Shown piece by piece: positions 37,307 through 56,012 of a DNA stretch of 64,000 bases. The stretch is from the human T2T-CHM13v2.0 reference genome, Homo sapiens. A program made the position numbers and the translations under genes. Location: NCBI RefSeq assembly GCF_009914755.1, contig NC_060931.1; one strand, written 5' to 3'. The notes beneath the pieces are model-generated. The model ran no database searches. It saw nothing but the letters and a program-made list of their open reading frames with translations, and was not told where the DNA came from. Within the stretch, counting starts at the first letter, position 1; each line of letters starts with the position of its first letter.

Positions 37307-38974
37307 CTAAAATTAAAGAAGATTACATTTAAAGGGTAGTACTACAAAATGTACAGTTCAAAAAGTCAGTAGCTAAACTGAAATACCTAAAACTTAGGTC
37401 CCTTTCGAGCCTAGCCATTTAATTACTGATAAATTGTTATCATTTGAAGGTAAATTTGTCATTTTATTTGTGATCCTTTTGAATTCAATATTTTCTCCAT
37501 ACTTGGAAAATGATCTAAATACTCTGCAATTGCTGGGTTAAAAAATTATTTTGCATACGAAGCAGTCTTAAAGCAAACAATGTTGTGAAAGTTGTAACAG
37601 CACAATCTATAATTTCAGCATGAAAACATCTAGCACCTTAAACTTTTTACAGTTTACATATTTCCATCACTTGAGGCTTAGCAACTATAAAATAAACTCA
37701 AATAACTTCATCATAATCACATTTGCCTTAATTTTAGCAAGGTGATTTTTTTTACTCTTTTTTTCAGTCAAAAACTATTTTTATCTATAACACCTATACG
37801 CAGATATAAAGCATACATTTAAACTATATTCTGTAAATATCCCATGTTTTTCCATAAACCTAGAAATATGACTGAAGAAAAATATTCCAAATAACGATTA
37901 GGGTTGGCATTTTAGCTTAGTGAGATCATAAGCATATTTATTTATACTTAGACATAAAGCCAGCAAATAAGATGGGGAAAGGAAAGAAGGAATAAAGGAG
38001 GACAGAGAACAATGAAGGATGAGTCAGCTAGTTTTTTAAAAAGAAAAGAACAGAATGACAAAGAAAAAGGAGCAGAAAGAAAGATAACCAAATGGGGAGA
38101 AAGGGAAACAAAGCTACTAGAAACTATGAATGTATCACTTGCCTACCATGAACCTATAATTGTGCTTAATTTGGAGACAAATCCAAGAAAGGGTACAACA
38201 GGCCCTTCCTTAAAGAGGCTCATGATATTGTTAAGAGGGTAGACTAGTGCACTACAGCACAATTAGAGAAACACAGAGAACAGTCTTTTTTTCATGAAAC
38301 TGAGAAGCCCAACCTTAATTGCTTTAGGAGTTTGGAGGAAGGAGTTACTAAGGGTTAGAATGCTAAAGAAAGGCTTCAGAGACAGCATGACAGAAGGTAC
38401 GCCTGGCAAAGGAGGTTGAAGACACTCCTAATTTTCAACGTCTCCCTTAGCTTCTTAATACAGAATATTAACAAGCATACAAGTATAAGATGTTGATCCT
38501 TAGAAACCTAGTTCCAAAAGGTCATTATTAATCACAATTAATTCACAGAATTTATTTATCTTGGGAATGTTTCTATAAAACATTTTGTGACTAAATAGGT
38601 AAAGCTAATGGCAGTATTTAACTGAAAAAAGTAAAGGGGTACATTGACTTTAATAAAAACAGTTGAAAGAACTATTCAAAACATAAATGTATTACTCAAA
38701 ATGTTTTATATAGGGGCACAAGAGTTCTTTGACTGAAGCAGTTTTTATTTTAAGTTGTTTGGCCTGAAACCATTCCTGGCAGCAAAAATCTTTTTAAAAG
38801 TCTTCATGTGTAGATTTAAGCTATCCTTGGCATAAAATAATTAATATATCTATATTTCAAAGAGCAGATGGCAGAAAGGACTATACCGAAATATATTTTA
38901 TTTCTGAGCACCAGCATAAAAACAAGAGAAAAAAAAAGAACAGCCAGAATACAGAGGTTTTTAGGGCTATTCTA

Positions 38975-39250
38975 AGTGATACTATACTGGTGGAGACATG
39001 TCATTATATATTTGCCAAAACTCATAGAAAGTGCAACACCAAGAGTGAACCCTAACATAAACTACTGACTTTGGGTGATAATGTATGTCAATGTAAGCTC
39101 ACTGATTGTAACAAATGTACTACTTTGGTGTGGGATGCTGATAGTGGGGCAGGCTGTGCCTATGTGGGGTCAGAGAATGTAAGAGAAATTGCTGTACTTT
39201 CTGTTCAATTTTGCTATAAACCTAAAACAGCTCTAAAAAATTGTTTAAAA
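38975..39250 (+). mobile_element. Ancient L1M 3' end fragment
   Basis: gagtgaaccctaa...actttgggtgataat...tgctataaacctaaaacagctctaaaaa. Confidence 0.65.
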
Positions 39251-40178
39251 AAAAAAAAGAGGAAAGAAAGAAAAAAAAACCTGCTGCAAATTCCACTATT
39301 TTTGAGGGAGTGGGTATTACACCATGTTAGCAATTTGAAACTACATATTGCCAATAACAGCAAGAAGTCACATTGGCAAAGCTAAAATGTCAACTGTCTA
39401 AGCAGAAGGAATATACTAATATATTTTTTTAAAGTTTCCCATAGGTGATCATAAACATACAGGAGAAGATACAGATCTTCTAAATTAGATAAGGAATATC
39501 CACAACAACAGTTAGAGTTAAGTCAAAGATCTAAGGCAAAACAAAGAAGAAATTCAATTCTGCTATACCCACCAACAAAAAGCAACATTTCAAATGCTGA
39601 AAAGCTCTATAAGTATAAATTCCACAAATGAACATAAGCTAAAAGCTACCACTAAAATAACTAGCCTTCAAGTTGATTTTATTGAAAATATTGAAATATA
39701 AAAATGTATTGAAATATATCTTAGCTCTCAGCACCCACAAAGTTTGCTAACTGATGGACCAGTTAATTTCCTCCTGAAATTAAACTCCCAACTCAAGCAA
39801 TTTGTATAAAAATATCATGCAGCTGGCAAAAAGGAGATTAAGAGGAAAGACTGTTATCAATGAAAATCCGTCACCACTACTGAACATTCTACTTCTACAC
39901 TACTGACGTCAATAGCATTTTCTTACAAAAAATGACAAACACCTGAACATGAATACATAATCGTACTTCAGATTTAACTATCAGATGGATATACAGAACT
40001 GTTACCTAAACTAATAAGAAACTATCATGTTACTTTCTAATTTATCTTTACTTGTTACACCACGCAAAGGGATTGATTTTAAGTATCTAAAAACTGAACT
40101 GGTTGAATAAAATTTCAGAACATATCTCCTCTCACATTCTGAATGTATCTGGTATCAAATAGTGGTAGAAAAGCTTAC

Positions 40179-40256
40179 TTTTCTGAGAATGTCTTTCAGC
40201 TGCAGATGATCGGGAAGCAGTCTGCCCGAATACACCAATCTCTGATCCTTCGTCAA
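40179..40256 (-). CDS. HERPUD2: HERPUD2 exon 3: LTKDQRLVYSGRLLPDHLQLKDILRK (UBL core)
   Basis: AG at 40258-40257, GTAAG donor at 40178; 78 nt, phase 0-0; ubiquitin-like QRLVYSGRLL motif. Confidence 0.97.
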
Positions 40257-41355
40257 CTAAGAAATGGGACAAAGAAAAGAATTCAACTTTTCTAATTATG
40301 CAAATTGAAGGTTGGGAATAACATGCCTAATTATGGGTAAAATAAAACTCCCTTTAGGCACAAGTAAGCAGAAAACTGACACAATTTAAGAATTTTTGTT
40401 TTTCCAAATTCTACTTAAGAAAAAAACATTTAAGAGTTCAGCAAATGGTAGTGTATCTATTGTAGCTATAATAAAGTACAGATAATTAATACATTTAAAA
40501 ACCTGAGGAGGGGGAACAGGTAGATAAATTGGAAGTCTGTCTTTTCAACTGTAATGCAATGCATATATGACTATCATTAAAAAATCTTCAAGACTATATA
40601 AATGAGAAAGTGGTTGGCCTTATATTAATCGTCAACAGTAGGATAAAATTTCGATGTCACCAGAATCATTTTGCCTTATTTTGTCAATTTTTCATCTAAG
40701 ATAATATACAAGACTTACTTTCTTCCTTACTAATATTGTGCAGAACAATTTATTGGTTTTAATTCAAGAGCCATTTAGATTTAGTTATAAATTTACTTAC
40801 TATTCTAATTATTATTCCTGCCACTATCACAAATACCTTTGTTAAGTTTTTCAAAAACACAAGACTAAAGAAAAATCAACACAAGTGCATGGAGAGTCAG
40901 TTGCCATCTCTATACGCAACCAGAATATGAAATTACGTAAAATTAAAGCGTCTGTATATACTCCACATAAGGCCTACTTCATAACTGCAAAACAGGTGAA
41001 TGTTCTTTGAATTTTATCAAAACAAATACTAGCTATATCAGTAATTGTTAAATATGCCAAATCCAAGTCACAACTATAACAATTTTTAAGACTATGTATT
41101 CAACATGGCTACTACAAAAGGGTCTTCTTATATTAAAATTAGCCATAATAGAAATTATCATACTAAGATCTGTGGTTCAGGCATCCTTACACACCAAAGG
41201 TATAGCTATCCTTCCAAGATACTTAACCATTACACATATTCCAGTTTCTCCTGGAAGCATTTTGGAGTGTGCCATTCCTCAAATGCACATGTACAAACTC
41301 CTATATATAAACAATCAAATACAGTGCACAGGTTTTAAAATCATAAGTCTTACAA

Positions 41356-41357
<2 letters not shown>

Positions 41358-41443
<86 letters not shown>
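41358..41443 (+). repeat. Compound dinucleotide STR (TA)19(GA)24
   Basis: Counted directly. Confidence 0.95.
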
Positions 41444-41447
<4 letters not shown>

Positions 41448-41450
41448 CAC

Positions 41451-42300
41451 TGTGGTATCGTAAAATGTATAAAATGTATTTGGTTTTCATGCTGTTTCCT
41501 GCCGAACAGCTCCTAAAATCCTTGGAATCTTCAGAAAGATGAGTATCTTTAGTGTGCTAATAAGACAACTGGTGGCTGGGGGACCCTACAATTTAACAGG
41601 GGAACCAACAAAGTGATTAGAAGGTTGCAACTTTCAGTCCCACCCCCACCCCCAACCTCCAGAGAGGGAGAGTGGCTTAAGGTTGAGTTGACAAACCAAT
41701 GACCAATGATTTAATCAATCACGCCTACCTAACGAAGCTTCCATAAAACCCAAAAGGACTGAGTTCTGAGAGCTCCAGCACAGTAGAATGAGTCGAAGTT
41801 CCTCAAGAGTGGATGGGCCCAGAAAGGGCATGGAAGCTCTGAGCCCTTTCTCCAAGAACTCGTCCTATGCATCTCTCTTCCATTTGTATCCTTTGTAATA
41901 ATATCCTTTGTAAGTGAGCAAATGTAAGTAACATGTTTCCTTGAGTTCTGTGAGCTGCACTAACAAATTAATTGAACCCCAGGAGGGGGTCACGGGAACC
42001 CCAATTTATAACCAGTTGGTCAAAAACACAGACCACAACCTGTGCTTGGGACCACATATGAAGGGGGGCAGTCTTGTGGGATTGAGCCCTCAACCTGTGG
42101 AATCTATCCCCAGGTAGATAGTGTCAGAAGTACACTGAATTAAAGGACATTCAGCTGATGTCCTCTGGAGAATTATCTGCAGAACTCCTTGTTGTTGGAG
42201 AGAAATCCCCACACATTTTGGGGACCAGACATTACAGAAGCATTCTGTATTGCGTGTTGTGAGAGCATAGTAGGAGAAACTCAGTTAGTTTTTTCCTATA
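41451..42300 (+). mobile_element. MER21-family LTR
   Basis: cagctcctaaaatccttggaatc; ccaatgatttaatcaatca; gagttctgtgagc...aaattaattgaaccc signatures. Confidence 0.8.
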
Positions 42301-42739
42301 TCCATATAGGCACTGAATGGCAAACTATATGACCATAAGTTGAATGCTAAATATATAATCAATGATTTAATTCCTGCCCAAAATGAATTATCCAATGCTT
42401 TATAAATCTCTATAATGTACTTATTACAATTTGAACCTAAAGAAGTTTCTTGTATTACAGTCATCATAAACTATCACTTTTTTACCAGACCAAACATTTA
42501 ATAAATAGATACTTTTACGTCATATCATCACTCTGCATAAAGGACATCAGTCTCTTTTTGTGAATTTTTTTCCTTTATAAAAATTATCAAACATACATAC
42601 AGTGGAGGGAATAAAATGAACCCCCAGGTACCATCTTCAAGAACTCTCAAGTACCCAGCTTCAACAATTACCAAATTTTGCTATTCTTGTCTCATCCATC
42701 CCTCATTTCTTTTCTTCAAAGAGAATACTGTATTTTAAT

Positions 42740-42920
42740 CTTTTTTTTAAAAAAATGTAGAGACGGGGTCTCACTCTGTTTTCCAGGCTGAAGTGCAGTG
42801 GCTATTCACAGGTGCGATCATGGTACACACTGCAGCCCCGAACTCCTGGGCTCAAGTAATCCTCCCGCCTCAGCCTCTGGAGTAGCTGGGACTCCAGATA
42901 TATGCCACTGTACCCAGCTG
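42740..42920 (-). mobile_element. Alu monomer (FAM/FRAM-like) within antisense ancient L1M
   Basis: ggctattcacaggtgcgatca monomer signature; flanking repeat tactgtatttta. Confidence 0.7.
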
Positions 42921-42929
42921 AGTACTGTA

Positions 42930-44390
42930 TTTTAAAGCAATATTACACATCATTTCTCTTCACCTGTACAAATTTAGTAAGTTTTATAATAACCATAATG
43001 TTACCACATTCAACAAATAATTCCTTAATATGTAATATCCAATGCAGCTCAACTCTTCCCACTTGCCCAAAAATGCTTTTTAAAGATGATTTGAATCAGA
43101 ATCCAAATAAGGTTCACACACAAAATTTGACTGTTATGCCTCTTTTAATCTTTTAACAGTTTCTATTTTTAAAAAATTTTTCCCAGGCTATTTATGTGTT
43201 GAAGAAATTGTCTCGTAGAACTTTCCAGTCTGATTAGGCAAACTGTATCTTCCTGGTATTGCTCAGCATATTCCTGTAGTTCCTATACAATGTAGTTAGA
43301 TCTAGAGGGCTGATCAAATTCCAATTCCTTTTTGTATGACAAGAGGACTTTTGACAAGGGGAACCTCAAATTGCACATTTTTGACCAGTAGGAGTCCCTA
43401 CAAGGTGGCTCCTGCATCACTTTAACATGACCTCTGTCTCTAATAGTAGCTTCCTTGCTCTCAGGCACAAAATGCCCCAGAAGTTCATCTTACACATTTC
43501 ATGCCCCAGACCTAGAATCAGCCATTGCTCCAGGATCCATGATTCATTTTAATGGGAAATGGTATCTAAAGACCAAAATCTGGGAGCTAGGAGTACTGAT
43601 TTTTACTTGTCATTACTTCTTCAGTAAGCAGAGCTAGAAAATATGTATTTTTATAAAGAGAAACTTAAATCCTGAGTTCACTGTGACATTTCCAATTAAA
43701 TAGTATTCACTCATTTTATTTGTATCTTCTCTCACCCTGAAAATCTTTCTTGCTAATGACACTAATAAATACCTGCCATTAGCAAATGTACTAATTTGTT
43801 TTATCCTACTACATGTAATCTCAAATTAACAATAACAAGATTGTTACTAACAATATTGAACAAAGTTTAAGATTTCTCATTGATCTTCTCTGTCCTTAGG
43901 ATATAGGTCACTAGTCAAAATACAGTGTTTCAAAGTTACTTGAAATAATAATTCTTGTAACTGTGTCATCATCCTGACATTTTTAAATTCTTGTTTTCAT
44001 TTAGAGATTTCTCTATTTTTTTATAATTATATCTAACAAAAAATGGCAATAAGGTAAAAACTATAAACAAGGTGCATTCAAAGAGGCTTTAGTTCTGTCC
44101 TTGTCCCCTCTATGATTTTGGATTGCCCTTACAATGCTTAACAACATAACAAAGCTGAATACACACATACTCCTATTTTCCTCCTTTTCTTACATAAAAA
44201 GTAGTACAGTATACTTACTCTATTGCATCTTGTTTTCTCACTTAATAAACCAGGGAGATTACTGCTTAGCAGCATAAAAATATTTTCCCCATTCTTTTTA
44301 ACAAATGCACAATCCTCCATTATATGAAAGTACTATAGTTTGTTAATGGATATTTGAGCGTTTCTAGGCTTTCATTATTACGTATAGTGT
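42930..44390 (-). mobile_element. Ancient L1M (MC/MD/ME-like) fragments
   Basis: Degenerate antisense L1 3' phrases (cctagaatcagccatt...; ttttctcacttaata...). Confidence 0.5.
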
Positions 44391-45253
44391 CCTCCCTTCA
44401 TATTATTCTATTTATCTCTATATTTCCCCATAGCATCCTGCAATAAGGAGATCATTAATGACATTGATAAAGGTAATCTTGATGGTGTAGCAGGGTAAAA
44501 ACCTAATTGGAATTGATTCAAGAGAAAAGGAGAGACACGTAGAGATAGCAAATATATACAACTTATAAACAGTTTTGCACTTAAAGGAAGAAATAGGACA
44601 ATAGCTAGAACGGAAATGGGATCAAGAGAGGGTCTTCCTTTTGGTTTGTTTTATTCTTTTGTGCTTTTGTTTTCTTCAAGAGAGAAATAATGTGTTTATA
44701 TGCCAACAGAAGTAATTCAGTAGAAAGGAAAAAACTGATGATGCAAGAGAGAAAAACAATTTCAAGAGCAATGTCCTTCAGCAGCTAATAAGGGATGGGG
44801 GTCTTGTGTAGAGGAGTTGGACTTACAGAACAATATGACAGATGTAGCTAAAGAGATGCTAAGAAACTTATACAAGATCCCATCACCAGCACTCTGTGCC
44901 TCAGTTTCCTTATCTGTAAGTTAAGAGCGATAATAGATTGTATCTCACATGGCTTAATTTTCATAACAACGGAAATGCACATAAACTAGAACAGAACACA
45001 AAGCCTACTGAGTATTCAGTTAACATCAGGTGCAAATTTCTAGTACCTGCTCCTCCCACATCATGCAGTTTCATGAGGCTCTAATGAGATTATGGAAAAG
45101 TACAGAAAAGTTGAATGACTAACAGCAGGCTGTGTATGTTCATTATGCATAAGAACATGATTTGGATGCTGCTAAAACAGGTTGGGTTAAAGTTGCAATG
45201 ACTGTCACTTCACATTATTAAAAAAAAAAAAACAAAGTTCCAATTCACATTAG

Positions 45254-45580
<327 letters not shown>

Positions 45581-46679
45581 TAAAGTCTCAGTTTAAAATG
45601 ACATTTATAAATCACAAAAGGAAATCTTTTAATTAATTTTGCCTTCTCTACGAGAAAAAATACTTTGATGTTAGTCAAAGAAGTCCATATCCAAAACATA
45701 AGTTATCTAACTTATGTTTTTTTATTTTTGGTTAAAGAATGTAGTATTTACCAACTACTTCTAGATGTTAATATATTATCTGCTTTCTACATGGGTAATC
45801 TCCATTTTCCTATTAAACTGTAAAAGTAATGGAATTTGTCAGATATTTTATCACAAGCATCACTTCTAAGCAAGATAGGGAAAAAATATGCTGGAAAACT
45901 CAGTATTTGGGACTACTGATCAAAATACATATAAATGGAGTACACTGGCAATCCTACTTAAAATGTTTACTCCCATAATTTGTTAGTAGACAGGTTTAAA
46001 ACAAATTTTTCACGGAAACAATAGGTCACTTTCAGTCAGAGACTTCAAAAGCCAAAGCTTGGAAAACTTTGCAATGCAATACAAGTTAAATAAATTTAGG
46101 AAGATCATTTAGTTAAAAATAGAGGTACTGAAATCTCATGATGGCTATAAAGTGATTATCCAGATTATTGATAATATTAATTTTTTATCCAGAAAAAAAC
46201 TCAGAAGATTTTGAGAATTCCTAGTCCCAGAACTATGGGTCCCACGCATACAAATAATTATTAAATTTAAAAGCTAGCACATATTGTATTTAACCCAAAA
46301 TACAGCTAACTGAAGTAGTATGACTAGTATCCCAGAAAGAGACTGGTAATCCCTTATCTCCAAGTCCTTCTTTTTTAAAACCACCTACACCTACTAAACA
46401 GAACAGTTAGGCAATAGCTAAGCAAGTCTGTCAGCAGTAGGAGGAAAAGATGCAATAGCACCCAGCAAAAGTTTCTGACTTTTGAAAGGAGAAAGACAGA
46501 CACCGCAGCCTTTATCATTTGCTTCTCTGGAAGAGGAATCAAGGTTTAGAAAAACCATTAGTAGGCCTGTGTACATTTCATTCATATCACTGGTTTTTGC
46601 CCTGCCAGAGTCTGCTAAATTTCCCATCCAATTCTAAACATTAGGGTTCTTCAGACAAGTTGCAAATTTGTCTCTCTGT

Positions 46680-47925
46680 CCAAGGCCTCACCCTCTCAGA
46701 CCCAGATTCATATACCCAACTGCTATGAGATTTGACATCTTCATATATTTTAATAGGCAACTCAAATTCTACAATGCATTTCAATTCCCAATTCCCTAAA
46801 TCCTTCCTCTTACTTCTTCCCTATCCCATAACAACCTGTGACCAGTTGTTTAAGCCAAAAACCTGGGCATCATCCTCAACTTTTCTTTCTTTTGCCTTGC
46901 CTCCCATATCTAACCATTGTCAAATCCTATAGACTCTATCTCCAAAAGTTCCTCTCAGATCAGTCTACTTCTTTCTACCTACACTGCCATTACCCTAATC
47001 TAAACCATCGTCTCCTGCCTGGGCATCTGCAATAGTCTTTTAATTGGTTTTCTTGCTTCCATTCTACAGTCAGCAGCTCCAGTGATCTTTTAAAAACTTA
47101 AATCAGCCAGGCATGGTGGTTCATACCTGTAATCCCAGCACTTTGGGAGGCTGAGGCAGAAGGACTGCTTGAGCCCAGGAGTTCAAGACCAGCCTGGGCA
47201 ACATAGCAAGACTCCATCTCCTCAAAATTTTTTTTAAATGTAGCCAGGTGTGGTAGGGCATGCTTGTAGTTCCAGCTGCTTGGGAGGCTGAGGTGAGAGG
47301 ATCACTTGAGCCCAGGAGTTCGAGGCTGCAGTGAGCTATGATCACTCCCACTGCACTCTAGCCTGGGTGACAGAGGAAGACCCTGTCTCAAAAAACCAAA
47401 AAACAAAAACAACAAAACAAACAAAACAAACTTAGATCAATCCTGTCACTCTCTGATGGATTCCCACTACAATGGATTTAATTCAAATTCCTTTCCATGG
47501 CCAGATCTGGCTTCTGTCTCTCTCCAAACTCCCCGACAGTATTCTTTCCTCCTTACTCACTAGCCAAACTGACATTCACTTAGCTCCCAAGCTCTCTCAA
47601 TTCAGACACCCTGCCTGCTGTATTCTCCCCCAGCTCTTGCATACCTGACTCTTAATCACCTTTTAGATTTCAGTTTTAAAATCATCCCCTCAGTGAGGTC
47701 TTCCTTGACTTACAAATCTACAGTAGAGTATTCCCTCTCACACATCCTGTTTATATCCTTTGTAACACAAACCACAACCTGTAATTATGTCAACATGTGT
47801 TTTTTTCTCTTAAATAAAAGTGCCAAGAACAAAGGGTCCGTAGCCATCTTGCTTGTCACTGTGTTCCCACAGCCCACTACTGTGCCTCACAGAGTATATG
47901 CTAAGTGTAGATCTGCTAAATGAGG
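46680..47925 (+). mobile_element. L2 3' fragment interrupted by an AluJ
   Basis: Pyrimidine-rich L2 phrases (ccagtgatctttt...; cagtgaggtcttccttgac). Confidence 0.65.
47106..47430 (+). mobile_element. AluJ-like
   Basis: J features; TSD aaactta(a/g)atca. Confidence 0.88.
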
Positions 47926-48289
47926 TGTTATGAGTCCAAAACTGCTTACACAGACTTGGAGAAACCACCTAATTTGAAGTTTGTTAAATTAGTTATTTTA
48001 CATGTAATCGTGAAAAACAGAAATGAAATATTCAGTCTATGAATCACAACATTAAAACACTTGCTGGTGCTAAATTTATCTGATTCACTTCTACAAATGA
48101 TACTGATATTAGCAAATTATGATAAAGAAGCAATCATATATTAGTATTTTAGTATTTTTTCTTTAAATTAATAGTCAACTTTGAATAAATGATTTTATCT
48201 TTCCACAGCAAGGTCACATCAATTTTCAGAAATGTAGAACATACAAATGTAACAAAATTACATAGTAGCCCCCAAAATACATAAAGCAA

Positions 48290-48995
48290 AAACAAGTATG
48301 GGCAAGGATGTAGAGAAACTAGACCCTTCCTACATTGCTGGTAGGAATGTAAATGGGTTCAGCCACTGTGAAAAAAAGTCTGGCAGTGTCTCAGAAAGTT
48401 AAACATACAGTTACCCTATGACACAATATATACCCAGTTCCATTGCTAGGTACATACCAAAAATGATGGAAAACATATGTGCACATAAAAACTTGTACAA
48501 GAATGTTCATAGCATAATTATTCTTAATAGTCAAAAAAAAGTAGAAACAACCCAAATGTCTATCAGCTGACAAATGGGTAAACAAAATATGGTGTATATA
48601 AATATATGCACACACGGAATATTATTCAGCCACAAAAAGGAATGAAATACTGACACATGCTATAATGTAGATGAGCCTTGTAAACATTATGCTAAGTTAA
48701 AGATAGGAGGCACAAAAATCCATATGATTCTTTTTATATGAAATGTCTAGACTATGCAAATCCATAGAAACAGAAAGTAGAAAAAAAAAGAAACAGAAAG
48801 TAGATTAGCACACTGGAAGAAAAAAGAATGGGGAGTGACTGCCAATAGGTATGGAGTTTCTGGGGTGATGAAAATATTCTAGAATTAGGCAGTGATTATG
48901 ACAGCACAACTTTGTGAAGTACTAAAAACCACTGGGTCATATACTTTAAAGGGCAAATTTTACAGTATGTGAATTATACCTGCATTAAGAAAAAC
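48290..48995 (+). mobile_element. L1MB-like 3' end
   Basis: ORF2 end and 3'UTR (ggggagtgactgc.aataggtatgg...ggggtgatgaaaat). Confidence 0.75.
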
Positions 48996-49044
48996 TGTTA
49001 CTTTCAATTGAATATCCAAATGCCTTCAAATAATCTGAAGTTTT

Positions 49045-49190
49045 TGGTTTTTTGTCACCCAGGCTGGAGTACAGTGGCATGGTATCAGCTCACTGCAACC
49101 TCTGCCTCCTGAGGCTCAAGTGATCCTCCCACCCCAGCCTCCTGAGTAGCTGGGACTACAGGCATGCGTTATCACGCCTGGCTAATTTTT
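49045..49190 (-). mobile_element. Alu right arm (left arm missing)
   Basis: Ends at the mid A-rich linker, followed by a TG/TA array. Confidence 0.8.
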
Positions 49191-49303
49191 GTGTGTGTGT
49201 GTGTATATATAGATATATACACATACACACGTGTGTGTGTGTATATATAGATATATACACATACACACGTGTGTGTGTGTATATATAGATATATACACAT
49301 ACA

Positions 49304-49362
<59 letters not shown>
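49191..49362. repeat. TG/TA array: three 38-bp units, then (GT)n(AT)n
   Basis: Unit gtgtgtgtgtgtatatatagatatatacacatacacac at 49193, 49231 and 49269. Confidence 0.92.
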
Positions 49363-51890
<2,528 letters not shown>

Positions 51891-51903
51891 GAAAAGTATT
51901 CTA

Positions 51904-52230
<327 letters not shown>

Positions 52231-52272
52231 GAAAACAGAAACATTATTAATTTTTTCATGTGCCTAAACTAG

Positions 52273-52650
<378 letters not shown>

Positions 52651-52670
52651 TGAATTTAATTTAAATATCA

Positions 52671-52966
<296 letters not shown>

Positions 52967-53117
52967 ACTTAAATATCAGGAAAATCATGTGTTAGACCTA
53001 ATAACAAATGACAATAATCAACTGAATTTTCAACTAGTTATTTTGGTATTGTAAGCTACAGCATTAGGAAAAGCAGAGATTTTGAGATCTCAACTCAATT
53101 TGACTTGTAAAAAGTAA

Positions 53118-53463
<346 letters not shown>

Positions 53464-53501
53464 TAACATTATCTTTTAGCTTGATTAAAAACCCATTTCC
53501 A

Positions 53502-54125
<624 letters not shown>

Positions 54126-55789
54126 TTAACACAATAAAAGTTCATTCGTTTCTCAATTTAAAAAACATTGCATGGTACCCTTCTAATATAAGAATTCAGA
54201 AGACTCAGGGTTCACAAATCTAAACGTACTAGTTAAATTGTCAATTTAAAGATTCTAATGATAAGATACTGGCTCCACAGAGTAACATATAAATATAATT
54301 GGCCTCTCCATTACCACCACCACTATTCTTCCTGGTACTCACCCCTACATCCAATAGTCAGCAAATTCTATCAGGTTCACTACTTTCACCACCAATACTT
54401 CACCCTAAATGAAGCCTGGTCACAGATGGCAGTGCAGAATCAGCCAAATAATAAGACAAAGAACAAGTTGGAAACATCCTGATGTACTCTGAGTGGCCCA
54501 GAAACAGAAATATCCCACTTCAAATAAACAGCTGCTTAACTAGCTGGCCGAGAAAACCTCTGCTACCCACTTAACAGACATTGCTAAAAACCAAGGTGAG
54601 GAAAGCTCACTTGCTGGTATAACAGGTTAAAATAAGTCCTAACCTGGACTTTTTTGTTGTTTCTAAAAGGTTTATGTATATGCCATTATTGAAAGTGTCT
54701 GACCCTTTAATGTTTAACCAAATATCAGAAACAGATCAAATATCATACATCCTTAACACATTTAAAATATCTCCTGGAGTCTGATAAATGGGTTTAAAGC
54801 CAACAATACTTTTATATTTCAAGAAAGTCACCTAGTTAGTATCAAATGATTAAATTTTTTATGTCAAGGATTAAATGGGTCTTTCAATTATGTATGGCTT
54901 AAAAATCATGTTCCTAGTATATCCAACTTCAGCATAATCAAATTTCATATGCTAATTTAAAAATATTAATTAAAAATTTTAAAATATCTATCATCTTAAT
55001 AGTTCAGTAAAGGCAATCTTCAACTTACAGGTTAGTTCAATGAACTATAATCTAGTCCTTTAAAAGTAGTAACTATTAAGTACTTACATATAGTTCAGTC
55101 ACAAATATCAAATAGCTTTAAAGAGCTGGGTCCCAGGAAGTGCACAAAATATCATTTCTGTGGGAAATGAATTCTGTAAATTTGTACTAGAACACATCTC
55201 CTTCCCATTTCCCACTAAAAGCATCCAATCTAAAAACCCTGAAAATTCAGAAACACTATAAATAGAGGCACAGTCACCCAAACTGCCTCTACCCCTTATC
55301 TCCTTGCAGTAACAGTAAGCAAAACTGTACCTACAGAATATTACAGAGTAATGTTCTCTGGAACTCCAAAGAGATATTCCCAGCTTAACTGCTTCCACTC
55401 ATGGGTAGAGATATATGATATTCACACACCAAGTGATGTACACCTCTGATGTTCAATAGAGCCTGTCAAAGTATATGACTATGGTTCACACCAACTGGTA
55501 GACTGTGAAGACAGGACAAAGATATGTGCGCTGCAGTCTTAAGATATTATGCATCTAATCTTTCCTATAATTTATCAGAATAAAGAGATATAACCACACA
55601 TTAAGCTAAGTGTTAGCACCATAGTAAGGCTGTTATCCATTTATCTACAGCCTTTAGACAACAAACCAGCCAAACATATAAATCTCTTTTTATAGCTCAA
55701 CTGGTTCTTTTTAGTTTACAAGTATATAACTGAGATGGCTGAGTCCCTAAATGCCTTTCTTCATCTTATTATACATAACCATCACATAT

Positions 55790-56012
55790 GATGTGTACAG
55801 TAAGTCCAACCTGGGTTCAAATTCTAATTCCACTCCTTAGAGTCTGACCTAAGCAAAAAAAAAAATCACCAAGCCTCGGTTTCTTCATCTATAAAGTAGA
55901 GCTAATTATAAACCTTACATCATAAGAAGTCTAGGAGGAATATATGTGATAAAGCATATCAAATGCTTATTATAATGCCTGGTACACATGGCAAACACTT
56001 AGTAAATGGCAA
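55790..56012 (+). mobile_element. MIR
   Basis: cctgggttcaaattc...cctcggtttcttcatctataaa...gcctggtaca...agtaaatgg. Confidence 0.7.

Noticed and set aside
49193-49306. Regular 38-bp repeats resembling a CRISPR array
   Set aside because: No unique spacers, dinucleotide-derived, eukaryotic context, no cas genes
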